NCBI GenBank assembly: GCA_050014195.1
Contig: JBEKDT010000004.1
Span: forward strand, 32,001-96,000
Direction of reading: 5' to 3'
Source of the DNA: Desulfomonilia bacterium
GTDB lineage: Bacteria > Desulfobacterota > Desulfomonilia > UBA1062
Length of the DNA: 64,000 nucleotides
In this document: positions 10,728 to 20,553 of the stretch, in pieces
Numbering within the stretch: the stretch's first letter is position 1
How the letters are laid out: each line of letters starts with the position of its first letter
Notes under the pieces: model-generated
Told to the model about the DNA's origin: nothing
Database searches by the model: none
The model's input: only the letters and a program-made list of their open reading frames with translations
Position numbers and translations under genes: made by a program

Positions 10728-11045
10728 ATGAATTCCAAAAAGACGGTTCTCTTGGCGGGCTACGCTCAGATGATCGCCACCGACCTAGCAGGATGCATCG
10801 AAAATGAGGGGTATGAATTCCTGCATGAGGACAACATCTCTGAAGTCTGTTCCATAATAACAAGCCGATCACCGCATCTTGTGATTCTGGAGATCTCATT
10901 AACCGACAGGACCGGATTTGATCTGTGCCAAAAAATTCGAGAATGGGGAAACATCCTTGCATACATATCTGAGAATCACGGCTATGTTCGTGTTTCTGAT
11001 ACCTTTCGGGTGTGCCGCCATAGGACCCGATTATATCAGGCCTGA
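10728..11045 (+). pseudogene. Degenerate, truncated receiver-domain-like ORF
   Basis: ...PHLVILEISLTDRTGFDLCQKIRE matches REC beta3-alpha3, but the acidic pocket is lost, the phosphoacceptor D is E, and no similarity follows; overlaps the OMF start. Confidence 0.5.
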
Positions 11046-12429
11046 TTTCACAACATCCTCGACGTGGCACACACAGCTTACGGATGGCCTTATAAACCGA
11101 CCGGCAGACGCTGAGAGGCTTGCACAGTGGTGGGATACATTGGGCGACAGTGAATTGACGAGCCTTATCAGCCGCGCTGTTCAGAATAATCTTGACGTCA
11201 AGCAGGCAATATCGCGCATCCGCCAGGCCCGGGCCCAGCGCTTAATTTACAAGGCCGGCCTTTTTCCGAGCGTGGACGCATCGGCCTCGACAACAAGGAG
11301 CAGCGGCAGTGAAAACATGGGGCTGGCAGGCACCAGCACCTTATATTCAGCCGGATTCGATGCGCTCTGGGAGATCGATCTGTTCGGCGGGGTACGGCGC
11401 TCGGTGGAGGCTGCTGATGCAGACCTCCGGGCGAGTATAGAGGACCTCAACGATGTGAACGTCTCCCTGGCAGCCGAGGTTGCAACCAACTATATCGAGC
11501 TGCGCACCTACCAGTCACGCCTGATGGTAGCCGAGACGAACCTGAAAGATCAGGAAGACACCTATAACCTGACAAGTCAACGGAAGCAGGCAGGGCTCGC
11601 TGATGAGCTTGATGTAGTGCAAGCCAGGGCCAGCCTGGAAAGCACCCGTTCCGGCATACCGTTACTACGCTCCAGCATAGAGGAATCAAAAAACAGGCTT
11701 GCAGTACTCCTTGGCGCCCGGCCGGGGACACTGCATAAGGAGCTCGATGAACCGAAACCTATCCCGCTGGTGCCCGGGCAGATTGTGGTTGGGGTTCCTG
11801 CCGATGTCCTCAGGCAGCGCCCTGACATCAGGAAGGCAGAGCAAGAGCTCATTGCCCAAACTGCACGTGTCGGTGTGGCTACGGCAGATCTCTATCCCAA
11901 GCTCAATCTGAGCGGTACGATCGGACTTGAAGCCATGAACTCAGGCAGCCTGTTGAGCGGAGGAGCGCGGAATTACAGCTTTGGTCCCGGCATCTCCTGG
12001 TCCATATTCGATGCAGGCGCCATCAGGCAGAACATCGAGGTATCCTCGGCCAAGCAGGAACAGGCACTGCAAAGTTATGAATCCGCCGTACTGAGCGCCC
12101 TTGAAGAGGTGGAGAACAGGCTTACTGCCTATGTCGAGGAACAGCACCGCCGAGACGCGCTCTCAGAAGGGGCTGAGGCCTCCCAGCAGGCCTTTGACCT
12201 GGCAAAGATCAAATACATATCAGGTCTCACGGACTTTTCAACCCTGCTCGATGCCGAGCGTTCGCTGCTCACGTTGCAGGATGAGCTCTCAACAAGCAAC
12301 GGCAAGGTCACATCCAACCTGGTGAGCCTGTACAAGGCCCTGGGCGGCGGCTGGTCGCCGCAGGTTAACAACAAGAAAACGGATTCGCCGTCAACCGGAG
12401 AGGCTCCCTTTCCTTATCAAAATAATTAA
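10957..12429 (+). CDS. Outer membrane efflux lipoprotein (NodT/OprM/TolC family)
   Basis: Lipobox FGC followed by GPDY.RP, WEIDLFG, RPDIRxAE, LYKALGGGW; TTG start assumed at 10957. Confidence 0.93.
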   Translation: MHTYLRITAMFVFLIPFGCAAIGPDYIRPDFTTSSTWHTQLTDGLINRPADAERLAQWWDTLGDSELTSLISRAVQNNLDVKQAISRIRQARAQRLIYKAGLFPSVDASASTTRSSGSENMGLAGTSTLYSAGFDALWEIDLFGGVRRSVEAADADLRASIEDLNDVNVSLAAEVATNYIELRTYQSRLMVAETNLKDQEDTYNLTSQRKQAGLADELDVVQARASLESTRSGIPLLRSSIEESKNRLAVLLGARPGTLHKELDEPKPIPLVPGQIVVGVPADVLRQRPDIRKAEQELIAQTARVGVATADLYPKLNLSGTIGLEAMNSGSLLSGGARNYSFGPGISWSIFDAGAIRQNIEVSSAKQEQALQSYESAVLSALEEVENRLTAYVEEQHRRDALSEGAEASQQAFDLAKIKYISGLTDFSTLLDAERSLLTLQDELSTSNGKVTSNLVSLYKALGGGWSPQVNNKKTDSPSTGEAPFPYQNN

Positions 12430-12462
12430 TGATTGATAGCAGATTTGCATGAGGTGAAGACA

Positions 12463-13755
12463 ATGTCGAATTTCGATGATGATATCGTGAAGACCATTGG
12501 CATGGATGGATCTTCAAAACCCGGGAAGTCCTTGAAACGCGCCCTCATCTTGGGCGTAGTGGCTGTCCTTGTCCTTGCCTTCGGGGTTGTCTGGTTCTCC
12601 AGGGACAAGGCACAGACCTACGAGTATAAGACCCAGGAGGCGAAGAGGGGAGATCTCACGGTTACGGTGAGCGCCACCGGCAACCTTTCTCCCATCAACC
12701 AGGTGGATGTGGGCAGCGAGTTGTCCGGCATCATCAGGTCAGTGGAGGCTAATTACAACGACCATGTAAAGAAAGGCCGGGTCCTGGCACGACTCGATAC
12801 GGACAAGCTCCAGGCAGAGGTCTTGCAGTTCCGGGCAAGTCTGAAATCGGCTCAAGCAAAGGTCCTCCATGCCCGCGCCACCCTTAAAGAGAGCAGTAAC
12901 GCCCTGGAACGCCTGAAGAAGGCCTATGAGCTCAGTAACGGCAAGGTGCCGTCAAAAAATGACCTGGACACTGCCGAGGCGACCTTCGAGCGCGCCCAGG
13001 CCGATGTAGCAAGCACTGAGGCCCAGGTGGCCCAGGCCGAGGCGACGCTCAAGGTCGATGAGGCGGATCTCGGTAAGGCCATCATCCGCTCGCCCATCGA
13101 TGGTATCGTACTCACACGAAGCTGTGAACCCGGCCAGACCGTGGCCGCTTCCCTTGAGGCACCGGTGCTTTTCACCCTGGCCGAAGATCTCACACGCATG
13201 GAACTCCTGGTGGGAGTGGACGAGGCCGACGTTGGATCCGTGAAGGCAGGGCAGGAAGCCACCTTCACCGTGGGTGCATATCCGAACAGGCAATTCAAGT
13301 CCGTTCTCACCCAGGTGCGGTTCGGCTCCACGACCTCATCAAACGTGGTTACATACAAGACCGTGCTCCGTGTCGACAATTCCGACCTCTTGCTGCGTCC
13401 CGGCATGACCGCCACGGCCGACATCGTGGTCCGGGAAGTCAAGGATGCCATGCTGGTGCCGAACTCGGCCCTGCGCTTCAGCCCTCCTCAACAGGAGTCG
13501 GACTCGAATGCAGACTCTTCCGGAGGAGGCGTCCTCATGAAGATCCTCCCCCACCCTCCGCGGATGCCCTCGAAGAACCAGAGCGAAGGTGTGGACAAGA
13601 ACAGACAGAAGGTATGGACGCTGAGGAACAAACAGCCTGTTCCCATCCTGATTACCACAGGGGCGTCAGACGGCTCCATGACAGAGGTAGTAAAGGGTGA
13701 CATAGTACCCGGCACGGCTTTGATCGTGGATGCAGTGAGTAAAAAGGGGTCGTAA
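12463..13755 (+). CDS. MacA-like periplasmic adaptor (membrane fusion protein)
   Basis: N-terminal TM, VDVGSELSG, IRSPIDG, VDEADVG, LRPGMTA. Confidence 0.93.
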   Translation: MSNFDDDIVKTIGMDGSSKPGKSLKRALILGVVAVLVLAFGVVWFSRDKAQTYEYKTQEAKRGDLTVTVSATGNLSPINQVDVGSELSGIIRSVEANYNDHVKKGRVLARLDTDKLQAEVLQFRASLKSAQAKVLHARATLKESSNALERLKKAYELSNGKVPSKNDLDTAEATFERAQADVASTEAQVAQAEATLKVDEADLGKAIIRSPIDGIVLTRSCEPGQTVAASLEAPVLFTLAEDLTRMELLVGVDEADVGSVKAGQEATFTVGAYPNRQFKSVLTQVRFGSTTSSNVVTYKTVLRVDNSDLLLRPGMTATADIVVREVKDAMLVPNSALRFSPPQQESDSNADSSGGGVLMKILPHPPRMPSKNQSEGVDKNRQKVWTLRNKQPVPILITTGASDGSMTEVVKGDIVPGTALIVDAVSKKGS

Positions 13756-14486
13756 TGAATAATACCATGCCCGGAACCGTCGGGGACAAACACCTCCTCG
13801 TTCTGAACAACATCAGCAAGGTATACGGCAGCGGCAGTGCGGCGGTCCATGCACTACGGGACATCGATCTCACTATCGAGCGCGGTGAGTTCATGGCCAT
13901 CATGGGCCCGAGCGGATCGGGCAAGTCTACATGCATGAATATTTTGGGGTGTCTTGATACACCCACATCCGGAACCTATCTGTTCAGAGGCGTTGACATA
14001 GGGTCGCTGACCCGCGACCAGCGGGCACTGCTCCGCCGCAACTACCTGGGTTTCATCTTCCAGGGGTTCAACCTCCTGAACCGCACATCCGCCCTGGAAA
14101 ACGTGGAACTCCCCCTGATCTACCGCGGCGTTAGCGTGCGTGAGCGCCGGGCAAAGGCCGGGAAGGCCCTTGATCTGGTCGGTCTGACCGGATGGGAGCA
14201 CCACAGCCCGGGAGAGCTCTCGGGAGGGCAGCAGCAGCGCGTGGCCATAGCCCGGGCCATGGTCATCGAGCCGGCCTTCCTCATGGCGGATGAGCCCACA
14301 GGAAACCTTGATTCCTTAACCAGCCGTGAGATCATGAACCTGCTCAGAGAGTTCAACCGCGATCTCGGCATCACCGTACTCATGGTGACCCATGACAAGA
14401 CCATGGCAGGTTATGCCGGGCGCACCATAAATTTCTTCGACGGCCTGATAGAAACAGTGGAGTTTGGCGGGGGTAAATCCGCATGA
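13755..14486 (+). CDS. ABC transporter ATP-binding protein (MacB/LolD-like)
   Basis: [35 protein letters not shown]. Confidence 0.95.
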   Translation: MNNTMPGTVGDKHLLVLNNISKVYGSGSAAVHALRDIDLTIERGEFMAIMGPSGSGKSTCMNILGCLDTPTSGTYLFRGVDIGSLTRDQRALLRRNYLGFIFQGFNLLNRTSALENVELPLIYRGVSVRERRAKAGKALDLVGLTGWEHHSPGELSGGQQQRVAIARAMVIEPAFLMADEPTGNLDSLTSREIMNLLREFNRDLGITVLMVTHDKTMAGYAGRTINFFDGLIETVEFGGGKSA

Positions 14487-15694
14487 TCTGGGAGACGTTC
14501 CTGCTCGCCTTCAGGGCCATCCGCCGCAACATCCTGCGCTCGTCGCTGACCATCTTGGGCATCGTTATCGGGGTCGCAGCGGTCATCACCATGGTGACCC
14601 TGGGCAGCGGTGCCACGGCCCAGGTGACCTCCCAGATCGGTGCATTAGGCAGCAATATGCTCCATGTAAGACCGGGCCAGGGATTCATGGGCCCGGGAGG
14701 CGCGCGCTCCGAGGCCCCCTTATTCAAGATGGGAGATGCCGATGCCATTGCCCATGAGATCTCAGGGGTTGCGGCCGTAGCACCCTTCGACTCCCAGTCC
14801 ACGCAGGCCATCAACGGCAATGAGAACTGGTCCACCTCTGTTACGGGCAGTACTGCTGATTATCTCAAGGTACGGAACTGGCCCCTTACCCAAGGCCGGA
14901 CATTTACCGAGAGTGAACAGCATTCGGGCAAGGCGGTCTGCATCATCGGTTCTACGGTGAAGAAAAAGCTTTTCGGCGCCCAGAACCCCATCGGCTGCTT
15001 CATCCGTCTCGACAAGCTTTCCGTTCAGGTCATCGGTGTCCTTGCATCCAAAGGCGCCTCGGGCTTCGGCATGGATGAGGACGACTTTCTGCTCATTCCC
15101 ATTCCCACCTTCCAGCGCCGTGTAGCCGGCAGCACCGATGTCGGCTCCATCCTCGTCTCCGCTCGTGACGGTTTCTCCACGGATAAGGTCAAGAAGGACA
15201 TAGAACGGCTCATGCGGGAACGAAGGCGAGTTCCATCAGCCAAGGAAAATAATTTTCATGTGGACGATATGAAGGAGATTATGAGCACCATGACGAATAC
15301 CACACGCATCCTCACCGCCTTGCTCGGTGCTGTAGCCGCAGTGAGCCTGCTGGTGGGGGGAATAGGCATCATGAACATCATGCTCGTATCGGTAACCGAG
15401 AGGACGCGTGAGATAGGCATCCGGCTCGCCATCGGAGCCCTTGAGCGCGAGGTGCTCATGCAGTTTCTTGTGGAGGCGGTTGTGCTTTCACTCTTCGGCG
15501 GGCTTTTCGGCATCATCCTGGGGCTTTGTGCAGCGGCCATTGGCGCGTTTATGATGAGCATGCCGTTCATCTTCAACCCCGGGATCGTAGCAGTAGCCTT
15601 CCTGTTTTCAGGCTCAGTCGGCGTCGTCTTCGGATATTTCCCTGCCCGCAAGGCTGCCCGTCTTGATCCCATAGAGGCCTTGCGCCATGAGTAG
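14483..15694 (+). CDS. ABC transporter permease (MacB/FtsX family)
   Basis: RSxLTILGIVIGV, GGIGIMNIMLVSVTERTREIG, PARKAARLDPIEALR. Confidence 0.95.
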   Translation: MIWETFLLAFRAIRRNILRSSLTILGIVIGVAAVITMVTLGSGATAQVTSQIGALGSNMLHVRPGQGFMGPGGARSEAPLFKMGDADAIAHEISGVAAVAPFDSQSTQAINGNENWSTSVTGSTADYLKVRNWPLTQGRTFTESEQHSGKAVCIIGSTVKKKLFGAQNPIGCFIRLDKLSVQVIGVLASKGASGFGMDEDDFLLIPIPTFQRRVAGSTDVGSILVSARDGFSTDKVKKDIERLMRERRRVPSAKENNFHVDDMKEIMSTMTNTTRILTALLGAVAAVSLLVGGIGIMNIMLVSVTERTREIGIRLAIGALEREVLMQFLVEAVVLSLFGGLFGIILGLCAAAIGAFMMSMPFIFNPGIVAVAFLFSGSVGVVFGYFPARKAARLDPIEALRHE

Positions 15695-15720
15695 ATAACC
15701 GTGTCAGGATCAACATCGAA

Positions 15721-15860
15721 GCACAGGGCATACTACCCGGAAAAGTAAAATCCCACAATCTTCCCATAGTGTCTTCACATTTTCTCCACAAACAACTGAT
15801 ATATTCCCGTCATGATCAGGAAAGAGGATACGAAGCGGGTATAAGATCCATGCATGAACA
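15721..15860 (+). repeat. Upstream/promoter segment with four BaeR-like boxes; diverged copy at 18597-18737
   Basis: GCACAGGG(G)CATACTACC...AAAATCCCAYAATCTTCCCATAGTGTCTTCAYATTTTCTCCACAA...AAGAGGATAC...AAGATCCATGCA present at both loci. Confidence 0.85.
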
Positions 15861-16015
15861 GAACGGAAATTTGAGAGCATCAACCTCCTCCCCTCCAACC
15901 CTGCATGGGCGGGAATCCGGGAAATATCGCCACTCCCGGGTTCCCGCTGCTCATCTAAGGGGTACGGACTGTCGTTGTCATGAACCGTATGCAAACAAAT
16001 GAAAGGGGCATCTCT

Positions 16016-16453
16016 ATGAAAAGAATGGTATGGTTATTCTCGGTAATTGTAGCTCTTTGCATTGCCGGATGTAACTCCGCGGAATCGGATACCGACTCTA
16101 CCTATAAAGATATGACCTCGAAATATACGTTATTGACAATAGCAGAGCTATGGACGGCACTGGATGACAGTAACTCGGATTATAATGGGACATACATCCT
16201 CGTAAAAGGCGTGCTCCACAGTGTCGGTACCAATTCGGTCATATTGATAGACGCCGATACCAAGAAGGCCGTAACCTGCACATTTGAGACCAGCATTGAT
16301 CTTACCGATCTCTCGGATGCTCTCGCTAATAACTCCAGCACCAGCGATGAGGACATCGTGACTGTCGGCGGGGATTGTTATTACTACACGGATACCAGCA
16401 GCTACCCATATCTCGAAAGCTGTGATTACTTCTATATCAATAAAGACGCTTGA
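16016..16453 (+). CDS. Lipoprotein, possible OB-fold (tRNA_anti-like)
   Basis: Lipobox IAGC; YNGTYILVKGVLHSV ... VTCTF ... VTVGGDC pattern; AAGGGG RBS. Confidence 0.7.
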   Translation: MKRMVWLFSVIVALCIAGCNSAESDTDSTYKDMTSKYTLLTIAELWTALDDSNSDYNGTYILVKGVLHSVGTNSVILIDADTKKAVTCTFETSIDLTDLSDALANNSSTSDEDIVTVGGDCYYYTDTSSYPYLESCDYFYINKDA

Positions 16454-16534
16454 TTCGGCAACAAGAGGGTGAATATCCGACTCTCCATGAATCACCGGGC
16501 ATAATAATCTTGGTCTTATTCAGAGGTCATTGAC

Positions 16535-16699
16535 ATGATGATACTCCTGATCCTGATATGTGCCTCTCTCCTGTTCTGGGTGATTCTTGGTCTGTTTCTC
16601 CTTTGCAGGGACAAGCTCTCCACAGATCTCCGGCGAGACCGGACCAAGGGGGTAAAAATTGCCTATGGGAAGGGTAATCGTTTCCATAACGTTTTATAG
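16535..16699 (+). CDS. Putative 54-aa single-TM protein (below ORF-track cutoff)
   Basis: ATG 16535 to TAG 16699: MMILLILICASLLFWVILGLFLLC then a basic tail; AGAGG upstream. Confidence 0.4.
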   Translation: MMILLILICASLLFWVILGLFLLCRDKLSTDLRRDRTKGVKIAYGKGNRFHNVL

Positions 16700-16761
16700 A
16701 AAACGCGCAGAGCGATATCCGGGACTATGAATAATCTTGATGATTAATAAGTTACTCGTCA

Positions 16762-16992
16762 ATGAATTCACCAGTGAAAGGTATGGAGATAATGAAGAGA
16801 CGTAAGAGATATACCGGTGACTTCAAGGCACAGGTGGTGACTGAATATATCAAGGGTGAAAAAACATTGGATGAAATTGCAGTTGAGCACAGTGTCCACC
16901 CCAACCAGATCAAGAATTGGAAATCCCTCCTGTTTAAGCGTGCCCACGAGGTGCTCGATGACAGGAGATCGCAGACCGACCAGGATCTCTAG
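16762..16992 (+). mobile_element. Solo IS3-family OrfA-like HTH protein, no OrfB
   Basis: KRRKRYTGDFKAQVV...KTLDEIAVEHSVHPNQIKNWK is the typical OrfA HTH; no DDE ORF or IRs seen. Confidence 0.65.
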
Positions 16993-17047
16993 ATAAGTAA
17001 CTTACATAATCTTATAAACCGATTTGTAGACTGCTTCTCCGCTACTA

Positions 17048-17063
17048 TTGGCATGAATCTGGC
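17048..17063 (+). promoter_or_regulatory. Putative sigma54 promoter for the EF-hand gene
   Basis: TTGGCATGAATCTGGC, GG-N10-GC spacing, about 60 bp upstream of the ATG. Confidence 0.5.
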
Positions 17064-17122
17064 CAGTCTTCTCACGGACAGACTTCGCGAAGGTTTGTAC
17101 CAACTAAACAAGGAGGAATAGT

Positions 17123-18184
17123 ATGGTTAGCGGGATAAGTAGTTCCAACAGTTACATGAACTATATGCTGTTCGAAGCCCTTGATACCGACGGCAGCGGC
17201 GGTATCTCCCAATCGGAGCTGGATACCTGGGCCAAGAAGATGTCCAGTGTGACCGGCACAACCATCGACACCACCAATGCCGTATCCACCTACGGCACCG
17301 ACGGGGTGCTGAGCGCCGATGAATTGAATTCCTTCATGGAATCAACCATGCAGCAGGGTATGGGGTTTGCAGGCATACCACCTGCCTCTCAGGATTCATC
17401 GGACAGTTCTGGGTCCACGGATCTGTTCAATGCCATCACCGGCGGCAGCAGCCAGATGACACAGGCACAGCTGGATACATGGGCAACGGATATGTCCAAG
17501 GCGACCGGCCAAACCATTGATACCACCAATGCCATCTCCACCTACGACACCAACGGTGACGGGACACTGAGCGCCTCGGAGTTCCAGTCATTCCTGAATG
17601 CCAGCGGCATACAGCCGCCTACCTCTCAGGATTCATCGAACAGTTCTGCGTCAACGGATCTGTTCAATGCCATCACCGGCGGCAGCAGCCAGATGACACA
17701 GGCACAGCTGGATACCTGGGCATCGGATATGTCTCAGGCGACCGGCCAAACCATTGATACCACCAATGCCATCTCCACCTACGACACCAACGGTGACGGG
17801 ACACTGAGCTCCTCGGAGTTTCAGTCGTTCCTTGATGCAAACGGCATATCGGCCCCGCAAAACTTCGGGATGGCACCTCCGCCGCCACCGCCTCCGTCCT
17901 CGGGATCATCCGAGACGAGCAGCTCCACGACAAGCTCCACATCCAGTGCCGACAGTATCATCTCCAAGTATGATACCAACGGCGACGGTGTACTGAGCGC
18001 CTCGGAACTGCAGGCGTATCTTGACGATAACAGTTCGACATCATCGACAACGTCGTCAAGCCTTGTTGAGCAGGCGCTGTCTGCGTATCTGATGAATATG
18101 GGGCTGTCTTCGAGTTCGATGGGGCTTTATATGAACTCCTCTCTCTATGGGAGTGCTTACTCATCTGTTGATTACTTGGCATAA
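17123..18184 (+). CDS. Ser/Thr-rich EF-hand repeat calcium-binding protein
   Basis: DTDGSGGISQSEL and three YDTNGDGxLSxSE loops; internal ~79-aa tandem duplication; poly-Pro; AAGGAGG RBS. Confidence 0.85.
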   Translation: MVSGISSSNSYMNYMLFEALDTDGSGGISQSELDTWAKKMSSVTGTTIDTTNAVSTYGTDGVLSADELNSFMESTMQQGMGFAGIPPASQDSSDSSGSTDLFNAITGGSSQMTQAQLDTWATDMSKATGQTIDTTNAISTYDTNGDGTLSASEFQSFLNASGIQPPTSQDSSNSSASTDLFNAITGGSSQMTQAQLDTWASDMSQATGQTIDTTNAISTYDTNGDGTLSSSEFQSFLDANGISAPQNFGMAPPPPPPPSSGSSETSSSTTSSTSSADSIISKYDTNGDGVLSASELQAYLDDNSSTSSTTSSSLVEQALSAYLMNMGLSSSSMGLYMNSSLYGSAYSSVDYLA

Positions 18185-18201
18185 CGCCCATACCTGTTAT
18201 G

Positions 18202-18240
18202 ACGGGGTTTCGGCTCTGCATGGGGCCGGACTCCGTTTTT
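18202..18240 (+). terminator. Rho-independent terminator after the EF-hand gene
   Basis: ACGGGGTTTCGGCTC / GGGGCCGGACTCCGT stem followed by TTTTT. Confidence 0.55.
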
Positions 18241-18458
18241 GAAAAAATGAAATACTCCCTTACTTTGAGGTGAGCGACATCAAGGAAAAGATAAACGGCG
18301 TGTGCCGCGATCCCAATGACGACATGTTCCTTGCCGTTGCCGTCAATGCCAAGGCAGCCTTTCTTGTGACCGGCGACAAGGATTTGCTGGAGTTGCGGAA
18401 ATACAAATCAATAAAAATCGTATCTCCTCAAAAGTATCTGGCACTCCTTAAAGATTGA
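18241..18458 (+). pseudogene. 3' remnant of a PIN-domain toxin gene (paralogue of 30972-31382)
   Basis: EILPYFEVSDIKEKINGVCRDPNDDMFL...VTGDKDLL...YKSIKIVSPQ aligns with the C-terminal half of the intact PIN; N-terminal half and antitoxin absent. Confidence 0.85.
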
Positions 18459-18726
18459 AACAGGAGAGAGCGGATTTCAAACTAACTCTTAAAAACAAAG
18501 CTAAGCACCTTCCCTTTTCTCACTCAAGTTTTATCTTGCAAATAAATTAGTATGGTGTCCCCGGATTACGCGCTTTCTGAACCATGCTCTTTTCCCGCAC
18601 AGGGCATACTACCGGCAAGCAAAATCCCATAATCTTCCCATAGTGTCTTCATATTTTCTCCACAATCGACTGGTAAATTTCACTAGTATTGATATCGAAG
18701 AGGATACTAGGAGGAATACAAGATCC

Positions 18727-20553
18727 ATGCAGGACCAACTGATCAATCAAATGGCCTCTTTGGAGGCATTGGTCTTCAACAAAACGACGGGTAATCATCA
18801 AGAACTTCTTGAGGAGGCGCAAAAGATTTGCACCGATATTTTGCGCGAAAATCCTGAAGATCCCGACTTCATTTGCATGCGAGGCATTATCGACTTTCAT
18901 CTTGGACAGACTAAAGAGGCAGAGGCTTGGATGGAAAAAGCCTTGATCATTGCGCCTCAATCAACCGCGATCATCTATAACTATGCCATGATACTGATGG
19001 CCCAGGAGAAGTTTGCCGTCGCTTTACCTCTCATGATGCGAGTTGTCGCTCTTAAGCCGGATCATGCCAAAGCCTATTGGCATATCGGCAACGTTTTAAG
19101 AAAAACCGGTGATTTTGCGGGCGCTTTGGCGGCTTTCAACAAAGCGCAGGAAATCAACCCGCAAGATGTTGAGACCTTAAACGATACAGGAAATACGCTG
19201 GCTGAGGCTTTGAACGATAAGGGAACTATGCTGAAAGAAATAGGCCGTCTGCCCGAAGCGACCACTTGCTACGAAGAAGCCTTGAGCCTCAATCCGAACC
19301 ATCATGGGTTCATCAATAATCTCGGCGTCATCCATTTTCTGCAAAACAATCAGGACACCGCCGAGGCATTATATAAGGCGGCTCTCACAATTCACCCAGA
19401 GTATCCCGAAGCACACAGTAATCTGGGTGGGATCCTGCGATTTAAAGGTGATCTTGATGGGGCGATCCTTCATTGCCAAAAAGCCTTGGCCTTTCGTCCG
19501 GATTATCCGGATGCTCTCAACAACCTCGGCAACGCCTTTAAGGATGCCAGACGTTTTGAGGAAGCAATTGTGGCTTATAATGAGGCTTTGCGCCTTGTAC
19601 CCGACAATGCCGAGTTTCACATGAATCTGGCGTCGGCATTGTTGGCGTTGGGGCGCTTTGACGAAGGATGGCTCGGGTTTGAATGGCGCTGGAAATCGAA
19701 GCAACTTAGCCATACCTTCCGGGATTTTGCCCAGCCTAAGTGGCAAGGCGAGGCCGGCGAAGGGCGAACCCTTCTGATCCACGCCGAGCAGGGATTCGGA
19801 GACACCTTGCAATTCTGCCGCTATGCGCCTCTCGTCAAAGAGCGCGGGTTCCATGTAGTTATGGAGGTGCCGCCGCCGTTGAAGCGGATCATTCAATCTT
19901 TGGATGGCGTCGAAAAGGTTGTGACCACAGGCGATGTCCTTCCGCCTTTCGATTTTCACTGTCCAATGATGAACCTGCCCTTGGCATTTCATACGACTGT
20001 CGAGACGATACCGGCCAAGCTTCCCTATCTGAGCCCTGACCCAGCCGATTTGGCAAAATGGCGGGATCGAGTTGCGACCTTGGCGAACGACGCTTTAAAA
20101 GTCGGCCTCGTATGGGCGGGAAGATCACGCACCCACTCGCCCGATCTTATTGCGACGGAACAGAAAAGATCCATTGCGCAAGAGGTCCTGGCTCCTTTGA
20201 TGGTTGTGCCGAACGTGCAACTCTTCTCCCTGCAGAAAGAAGGAACGCGGGCCCCTGACGCTTTTCCTCTGATTGATTGGATGGCAGAATGCCACGATTT
20301 TGCCGATACGGCGGCACTCATCATGAATCTGGATCTTGTAATCAGCGTCGACACGGCCGTCGCTCATTTGGCTGGAGCCTTGGGCAAGCCGGTGTGGCTG
20401 TTGAACCGGTTCAACAGCTGCTGGCGCTGGCTCGCCGAACGCGACGACAGCCCTTGGTATCCCGGCACACTCCGTCTTTTTCACCAGAAAGAAATGGGTA
20501 ATTGGGATGAAGTCGTAATGCGTGTCCGCGCAGCCTTAGCGGAAAGGCATTGA
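18727..20553 (+). CDS. TPR-repeat protein with C-terminal glycosyltransferase (GT9-like) domain
   Basis: Multiple TPRs (ALNNLGNA...), then EQGFGDTLQFCRY, VGLVWAG, DLVISVDTAVAHLAGALG, WRW...SPWY; start reassigned to ATG 18727 behind GGAGG. Confidence 0.88.
   Translation: MQDQLINQMASLEALVFNKTTGNHQELLEEAQKICTDILRENPEDPDFICMRGIIDFHLGQTKEAEAWMEKALIIAPQSTAIIYNYAMILMAQEKFAVALPLMMRVVALKPDHAKAYWHIGNVLRKTGDFAGALAAFNKAQEINPQDVETLNDTGNTLAEALNDKGTMLKEIGRLPEATTCYEEALSLNPNHHGFINNLGVIHFLQNNQDTAEALYKAALTIHPEYPEAHSNLGGILRFKGDLDGAILHCQKALAFRPDYPDALNNLGNAFKDARRFEEAIVAYNEALRLVPDNAEFHMNLASALLALGRFDEGWLGFEWRWKSKQLSHTFRDFAQPKWQGEAGEGRTLLIHAEQGFGDTLQFCRYAPLVKERGFHVVMEVPPPLKRIIQSLDGVEKVVTTGDVLPPFDFHCPMMNLPLAFHTTVETIPAKLPYLSPDPADLAKWRDRVATLANDALKVGLVWAGRSRTHSPDLIATEQKRSIAQEVLAPLMVVPNVQLFSLQKEGTRAPDAFPLIDWMAECHDFADTAALIMNLDLVISVDTAVAHLAGALGKPVWLLNRFNSCWRWLAERDDSPWYPGTLRLFHQKEMGNWDEVVMRVRAALAERH

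Noticed and set aside
16762-16992. Complete IS3 element
   Set aside because: No OrfB/DDE frame, terminal IRs or target duplication found.
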